IMG/VR virus record: IMGVR_UViG_3300011339_000076
Span: 1 to 31,642 of that record
Source of the DNA: a virus
Lineage: Duplodnaviria > Caudoviricetes
Strand: one strand, 5' to 3'
DNA length: 31,642 nucleotides
Numbering within the stretch: position 1 is the stretch's first letter; each line of letters starts with the position of its first letter. The position numbers and the translations under genes were made by a program. Below are positions 26,910-31,642 of the stretch, in pieces. The notes beneath the pieces were generated by a model. It was not told the origin of the DNA. It saw only the letters and a list, made by a program, of their open reading frames with translations, and ran no database searches.

Positions 26910-29534
26910 ATGGGACTGCTTGACGAATTCTACGCACCTGACTACAGCAGACTAAAGCGAGGTCAGTTTAGGCAAGACACGCCAAAGATGCGTGAGTACG
27001 CTGCGAATGTCCCTGTTGATTTAGCGCGTGGCACGGTTGCTGGTCTGCTTGGTTTACTTAGCGATACTTTGAATTTTGCACCTGCCTATTCGCCAAAGCC
27101 AATGGAGCAGTTTGGTGATTTTGACTATGCGCCATCGCAAAAGGTTCCATTTGGCTCCGAGGAGTTGCTTAAAACTCTTCCACTTGCACCGGCAGCAGAC
27201 AATCCCGTAGGCAGAGTGGCTGGTCAAATAGGTACGTTTGCGCCAATGCTTCCAGTTCAAGCAGCACGTCTTGCAGGTCGTGGTGCTGCTGAAGTCGGCA
27301 AGTTCGTTGCTCCCAAGGCTGGCCAGTTTACAGAGAACTATATGCAGCGCATGGGGATGATGCCGAGCATTGTTAAGCAATCAGGTCGGGGCTACAAGAT
27401 TACCCCTCAAGGCCAATACCAAGTAACGCAACCAACCCCAGCGATGCAGACGTGGGGAGGGTTTAGCAGTGAGGCTGACTACGCTGCGTATCAGCAAGCG
27501 CAGAAAAATCAAGCGGAAAGAATGAAGTCTGCGTGGACTGATGTGCAGAAGCAAGATTTAAGCAAGATGCTTCCGTTCGAGACTGGACCCGTATCTCAAC
27601 GTGACATTGATTACGACAGACTATACAAAGCGTTTCCTGGAACCTTGGTAACGCCATCAACGGCTCGAACCATGCTTGAAAAGAATATGCTCAAGGCAAG
27701 CAAGCAAGAGAAGGACTTGCTTCGCAAGTACATTGACGAAAAAGGCGAGTGGATTCCGAATACAGAATCACGTCAACCTACGCAAATTTTAGGTGGGCCA
27801 CTAAGCCAAGCTGACGACGTGCCTCCATCCAATTTAGCAATGCAAAATGTTGCAGAGTACAACGTGGGCGGCGGGTTGCTTGGAGATGCGGCTGCTGTAG
27901 CAAAAGCACCAAACATAAACGAATTTGAAGTTGGCGGACTACTTAGTCCGTCAATGCCAATAAATGCCGCGCAAATAAATACGTTACCAGGAGCAACTTA
28001 TGCAACCAAACAAGAAGGACCCTTCTACAGAGTCAGCCCAACCTCGCTCGATGTCAGCGGAGGAAAAAATCGCGGACTTCGAGAAACGCCTGAATTACAA
28101 GCTGAAGGGGTTGACCCCAGAGCAGGAGGACAGGTTGGAAGCGAAGTTCCGATCCGCGTCTCGGATGAGGAAGTGGCAAGAATAATTTCCAATCCAGAGA
28201 CAAATCAACCCCTGCAAATAGCTAGGCAGTTCACTAGGGATACGCAAGGTACAGAGTTCACCGCGCCAGACATCCCGCAGAGTTCTCTTGCAAAGCAGTC
28301 TGCTATTGGTCGCGCCCATCAACTTGCCGTTGAAGGTTCCCCCGAATACAAAACTTCGGTGTTTGACGCATATGCAAAACAAATGCCTGATCTGCTTGAG
28401 CAGTCTGGCGCAAAAAACTACGATGACTTGATGGAGAAGGCTTATCGCCAACTTGCCAAGGAAACCGACGAGCAATTTCAAAAGCTACCCTACAATTTTT
28501 CCTATCATCGCGCAGGCGAAGGCGACTATAGAGGCTCCAAAGAAATGATGGCTGACGTGCATAGCAACAAGCACCTCTACGTTTTTCAAGGTGGCGACCC
28601 CCACGACTTCCTGAACCGCATAGACAAGGCTTCTGGCTTAAATGAAAACGAGAAGTTCCGCGCTGTTCATGACTTACTGGGCCACGCTGTTTTCGGGAAC
28701 CAGTTTGGACCCAAAGGAGAAGAACTTGCCTATGCTGTTCATCAGCAGATGTATTCGCCCCTCGCTCGCTTGGCAATGGCCTCTGAAACTCGTGGGCAAA
28801 ACTCGCTTGTGAACTACAGTCCGCTAAACGTGAAAATGAAGTCAAACATTGCTAAGTTTGAGGAGGCTGAATATATTGCTCGTCGTCAAGGTGATACCGC
28901 TTTAGTCAAAGAAATTCAAGAAGCTAAGAAGCAAGAATTTAGCAACTTCCAGTTTGCGCCACAGAAAGCCGTATTGCTGCCACCTGAGTTTATTGATCCT
29001 AAATTTGCCGGTGGTTTTCCCGAGTATTTAAGTTCCGCAAACCGGCCAACAAAAGGAACCGAAACCCAGTCGGTTTTGACTCACTTTAGTAACGACCCTA
29101 ATTTGCAATTTATTGACCCGACTCGATATGGGACCGGTATCAAAGGCGCAGAAGCCAGTCGCTTGCGTGATTTTGCTGGAGGCGTAAAAGATCGTTCTTA
29201 TTTCTACTTAGGGGAGCCAGGAATAATTGCACCCGAGCCTGGACTTGGGTCAAACATTTATCGCGGACAATCACAAAATCTTTATGATATTACCCAAGAC
29301 CCTTTGTCATTTCGCGCACTAGCACGAGAGTCTAATCGCACCCCATTTTCAGCTAGAGCCAATGCCGGAATCACCTCTCCACTGCAAGAGGCCAACGACT
29401 ACGAGCGATTGGTAAAAGAGTATGGATACGAAGGCATGATTAACCCAAACGCAAGCAAACCAATGGGAATTATGTTTAGACCAACATCAGTACAACCTAG
29501 AAACCCAATGCAGGGTTACGGTCTACTCTACTGA
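26910..29534 (+). CDS. Large multi-domain virion-associated / polyvalent-like protein
   Basis: Start MGLLDEF after AAAGGG; internal FRAVHDLLGH...GPKGEE metal-site-like motif; C-terminal LTHFS...IDP..YGTG...SYFY segment; last gene of the late operon. Confidence 0.65.
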   Translation: MGLLDEFYAPDYSRLKRGQFRQDTPKMREYAANVPVDLARGTVAGLLGLLSDTLNFAPAYSPKPMEQFGDFDYAPSQKVPFGSEELLKTLPLAPAADNPVGRVAGQIGTFAPMLPVQAARLAGRGAAEVGKFVAPKAGQFTENYMQRMGMMPSIVKQSGRGYKITPQGQYQVTQPTPAMQTWGGFSSEADYAAYQQAQKNQAERMKSAWTDVQKQDLSKMLPFETGPVSQRDIDYDRLYKAFPGTLVTPSTARTMLEKNMLKASKQEKDLLRKYIDEKGEWIPNTESRQPTQILGGPLSQADDVPPSNLAMQNVAEYNVGGGLLGDAAAVAKAPNINEFEVGGLLSPSMPINAAQINTLPGATYATKQEGPFYRVSPTSLDVSGGKNRGLRETPELQAEGVDPRAGGQVGSEVPIRVSDEEVARIISNPETNQPLQIARQFTRDTQGTEFTAPDIPQSSLAKQSAIGRAHQLAVEGSPEYKTSVFDAYAKQMPDLLEQSGAKNYDDLMEKAYRQLAKETDEQFQKLPYNFSYHRAGEGDYRGSKEMMADVHSNKHLYVFQGGDPHDFLNRIDKASGLNENEKFRAVHDLLGHAVFGNQFGPKGEELAYAVHQQMYSPLARLAMASETRGQNSLVNYSPLNVKMKSNIAKFEEAEYIARRQGDTALVKEIQEAKKQEFSNFQFAPQKAVLLPPEFIDPKFAGGFPEYLSSANRPTKGTETQSVLTHFSNDPNLQFIDPTRYGTGIKGAEASRLRDFAGGVKDRSYFYLGEPGIIAPEPGLGSNIYRGQSQNLYDITQDPLSFRALARESNRTPFSARANAGITSPLQEANDYERLVKEYGYEGMINPNASKPMGIMFRPTSVQPRNPMQGYGLLY

Positions 29535-29888
29535 CCCAAAGAACGCGGCCACCAACGGGTCGCGTTTGATCTTCCACTTCTTTGCGCGTTGCCTTGCCAA
29601 AGCAAAGGCGTGTTCCTCGACACCCTGACCATCACGGCACTTGCGTGATCTTTCTGCGCAAGGCACTGGCGGCGGCTTGGTGGCATCTACCCCTATCCCA
29701 TAACGCCACATCGCGGCAATGCCTGCCTTCTGCCTTCTATACGCTTGTATGTGTATCAGCCCTGCCTTGCGCAACTTCGTGATGATAATCTGAGTCCCGC
29801 GCAGTCCGCAGTGGATCACCCTTGACAGTTCTGCTGATGTCATTGCCTTAGCCGTGATGAGTTCGATCACCTTGTCTCGCCTCTTCAT
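29523..29888 (-). CDS. HTH-domain protein
   Basis: MTSAELSRVI....TQIIITKLRKAGLIHI is winged-HTH-like; basic; 12-bp convergent overlap with the upstream + strand gene. Confidence 0.7.
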   Translation of the reverse strand: MKRRDKVIELITAKAMTSAELSRVIHCGLRGTQIIITKLRKAGLIHIQAYRRQKAGIAAMWRYGIGVDATKPPPVPCAERSRKCRDGQGVEEHAFALARQRAKKWKIKRDPLVAAFFGSVE

Positions 29889-29998
29889 TTTCTAAGCAGC
29901 CAGCACTGCTGGCATATCCACCTGACGGGTGACATATCCACCCCACCGTCAAAGGGCTTGGACTCCAAGCACTTGGCGCAAATCTTGTACTGGCTCAT
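29885..29998 (-). CDS. 37-aa zinc-finger microprotein (not in the ORF track)
   Basis: MSQYKICAKCLESKPFDGGVDMSPVRWICQQCWLLRK; CxxC...CxxC; ATGA overlaps at both ends. Confidence 0.7.
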   Translation of the reverse strand: MSQYKICAKCLESKPFDGGVDMSPVRWICQQCWLLRK

Positions 29999-30564
29999 GT
30001 GTTGAGTGCCTTGAGTTTGGCTTCTATGGCTCGGGCAAATTTCACTTCTGAGAACTTATTAAAGCCATCCGTTGCAACCACTTCGGCATCGCATATTTCG
30101 GCAAACGTCAGCCCCACCCAAGGGCGTTGTGGATGGGTAATTGTGTATAGCGGTATTGGAAAACATTTGTAGTCATTGTTATCACTAAAATTCCCATCTC
30201 TATCCATCCAAGCCACAGGCTTATGGTGTATTCCATCATATTCATAAGCAGACCACTGCACAGGCTCTTGTGCTGGCTGTGCCAAGGCTGCTGCGGTTAG
30301 GTCAACTTGCATAGAAGTTGCACATCTCGGACATTGATAAATCACACGCTCATACTCTTGCTGCACGTATGCTGGCTGTGCCAAGTCTTCAATACGCTTT
30401 TCCAACCTTTTGATTATGGCTTCGTGGTATTGAATGATGGTTGCGTCTACATCATGTTGCGTCCTTGCTTCCCACCCTTGAATAAAAGCGTTTCGTGAAA
30501 CCATCAGCGCAGGGTTTGTCCACGCATCAGGCATACCTGTCATCTTTTCAAATGCTTCTTTCAT
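29995..30564 (-). CDS. Modular accessory protein with AQPAQEP linkers
   Basis: Contains AQPAYVQQE and LAQPAQEPV, a CPRC module, PVAW..PLYT and RPWVGLT...FARAIEAKLK end module. Confidence 0.75.
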   Translation of the reverse strand: MKEAFEKMTGMPDAWTNPALMVSRNAFIQGWEARTQHDVDATIIQYHEAIIKRLEKRIEDLAQPAYVQQEYERVIYQCPRCATSMQVDLTAAALAQPAQEPVQWSAYEYDGIHHKPVAWMDRDGNFSDNNDYKCFPIPLYTITHPQRPWVGLTFAEICDAEVVATDGFNKFSEVKFARAIEAKLKALNT

Positions 30565-31032
30565 GTGTTCTTCTCCATTTGTTTAAACAAGTCATTGGTT
30601 GTTCTAGCCATAGCCCATCCCATTCTGAACGTGTCATTTACTTTGAACCCAGTAATTTCTTCGTATCCTTCAATGGTCGGGTAGGCGTAGTCAGGCTCCT
30701 GCTGTGCCAACGCTACAGGCTCTTGTGCTGGCTGTGCTTGCGGGGTTCTGTAAAGCTTGTCTCCGTCTTTTAAGTCTCGATAGGGAACAAGCCATTTGAC
30801 CTCGTGACGAGATTCGTCTGGGTAGCCGCCTAGCGTTTCTACAATCCCCACAGGCTGCACAGGTGCTGGCTGTGCTGCAAGTTCTTTGCCTCGATGTACT
30901 CCACTCATGTACGCAATGGTCAATTCATCGCCGTGGTCAGGCTCTTGTGCTGGCTTTGGTTTACAAGCATCATTAAAACCTTCCGCATAGCCAAGGGCGT
31001 AGTCTCCTGATGTTGGCTGTGCCAAGGCTGCT
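30261..31032 (-). repeat. Interspersed in-frame repeat family (GCACAGCCAGCACAAGAGCCTG on the - strand), about 7 copies
   Basis: Copies at 30261-30292, 30370-30385, 30692-30710, 30716-30737, 30851-30875, 30938-30955 and 31014-31032, separated by unrelated sequence. Confidence 0.85.
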
Positions 31033-31202
31033 TTGATGGCGGTGATGGCTTCGTTTAAAAGTTTGTTGTTTCCTTTAACGTCAAAACAACCACTGTAGTA
31101 GCCGTCCATTGCACCTTCCAAACCAAAATGATTTCCTGTGCCGTTTATTAACTTATCACTGCTTTCCAACGCCTCAAGCGCACGTTTTAATGCTTCTTTC
31201 AT
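30561..31202 (-). CDS. Modular accessory protein with five AQP/QEP linkers
   Basis: MKEALKRALEALE...AITAIKAALAQP, then short unrelated modules separated by AQPAQEP-type linkers. Confidence 0.75.
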   Translation of the reverse strand: MKEALKRALEALESSDKLINGTGNHFGLEGAMDGYYSGCFDVKGNNKLLNEAITAIKAALAQPTSGDYALGYAEGFNDACKPKPAQEPDHGDELTIAYMSGVHRGKELAAQPAPVQPVGIVETLGGYPDESRHEVKWLVPYRDLKDGDKLYRTPQAQPAQEPVALAQQEPDYAYPTIEGYEEITGFKVNDTFRMGWAMARTTNDLFKQMEKNT

Positions 31203-31411
31203 TCCACCACCTCCGTCTTAGCAGTCAATGCTTCAAGGCGTTTAATCCGTGCCACGTTATAGGCAACGATGGCTGTGTGGTATTCCATTGCTGACTGGTG
31301 GCGCAGCTTGCTACGCTGTGCGTTGACCAGTTCCTCGGCGATAAGTTCCGCAGGGCTTGGCATGACCCAGTGGTTCGTAAGCCATGTCCATGCTTGTTTA
31401 ATGTGGTTCAT
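31199..31411 (-). CDS. Hypothetical protein (70 aa)
   Basis: ATGA-coupled on both sides; coiled-coil-like. Confidence 0.7.
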   Translation of the reverse strand: MNHIKQAWTWLTNHWVMPSPAELIAEELVNAQRSKLRHQSAMEYHTAIVAYNVARIKRLEALTAKTEVVE

Positions 31412-31641
31412 TCTGCTACCTCGTAAGTCATTTCAAAAATGTCAGGCTTGCATGGGTAGTGCTCACCCTTCACGCCAGTGATGATCCAGTCGCCGGGGCA
31501 CACAATGTGACCGCCCTCAAGGGTGTCAATCCACCCGTGGTCGTGATACTGGTTGCCACAAATACTGCACTTGAGTTCGCCCGAAAGTTGTGGGTCGCGG
31601 TAATAACGCACCACTTCACCTTCCCAGTTGTGCGCCTTGCG
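31408..31641 (-). CDS. Conserved phage protein (PGDWII...YPCKPDIF type), 5' truncated
   Basis: IDTLEGGHIVCPGDWIITGVKGEHYPCKPDIFEMTYE motif; frame open to the window edge. Confidence 0.75.
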   Translation of the reverse strand, partial: RKAHNWEGEVVRYYRDPQLSGELKCSICGNQYHDHGWIDTLEGGHIVCPGDWIITGVKGEHYPCKPDIFEMTYEVAE

Positions 31642-31642
31642 A

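Noticed and set aside
7970-28845. Numerous long antisense ORFs (e.g. 11373-12557, 9032-9661, 28303-28845)
   Set aside because: They are shadows of strongly codon-biased + strand genes with no motifs of their own.
30271-30281. Chi site within the AQP repeat
   Set aside because: GCTGGCTG differs from E. coli Chi GCTGGTGG, and the host's Chi sequence is unknown.
30261-31032. CRISPR array interpretation of the repeat-spacer pattern
   Set aside because: The repeats are degenerate and variable in length, spacing is irregular, all copies are in-frame coding, and no cas genes are present.

Overview
This window is most of a tailed dsDNA bacteriophage genome (Caudoviricetes) with podovirus-like organisation: no sheath, tube or tape-measure gene was recognised, and there are several ejection-type proteins. 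On the + strand it runs: 5'-truncated TOPRIM/AAA primase-helicase, an iteron and hairpin origin-like element, terS, a DnaA-box cluster, terL, a structured intergenic RNA candidate, small Cys-rich and basic proteins, two glycosyltransferases and a methyltransferase, portal, scaffold, major capsid, two free-standing HNH endonucleases, a third glycosyltransferase, adaptor and tail genes, a lysis cassette (holin plus GH108 endolysin), tail stabiliser, GNAT-like protein, four ejection-type proteins and a large multi-domain effector-like protein. A convergent - strand accessory operon follows, whose genes are built from short variable modules separated by a nucleotide-conserved AQPAQEPV repeat. The most notable candidates are the repeat-delimited cassette genes, a possible virion glycosylation module, the structured RNA after terL, an HNH insertion that appears to have captured a host-gene start, and a shared terminal GLL motif on ejection-region proteins. 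All product calls come from motif recognition and gene order only; no database searches were run.
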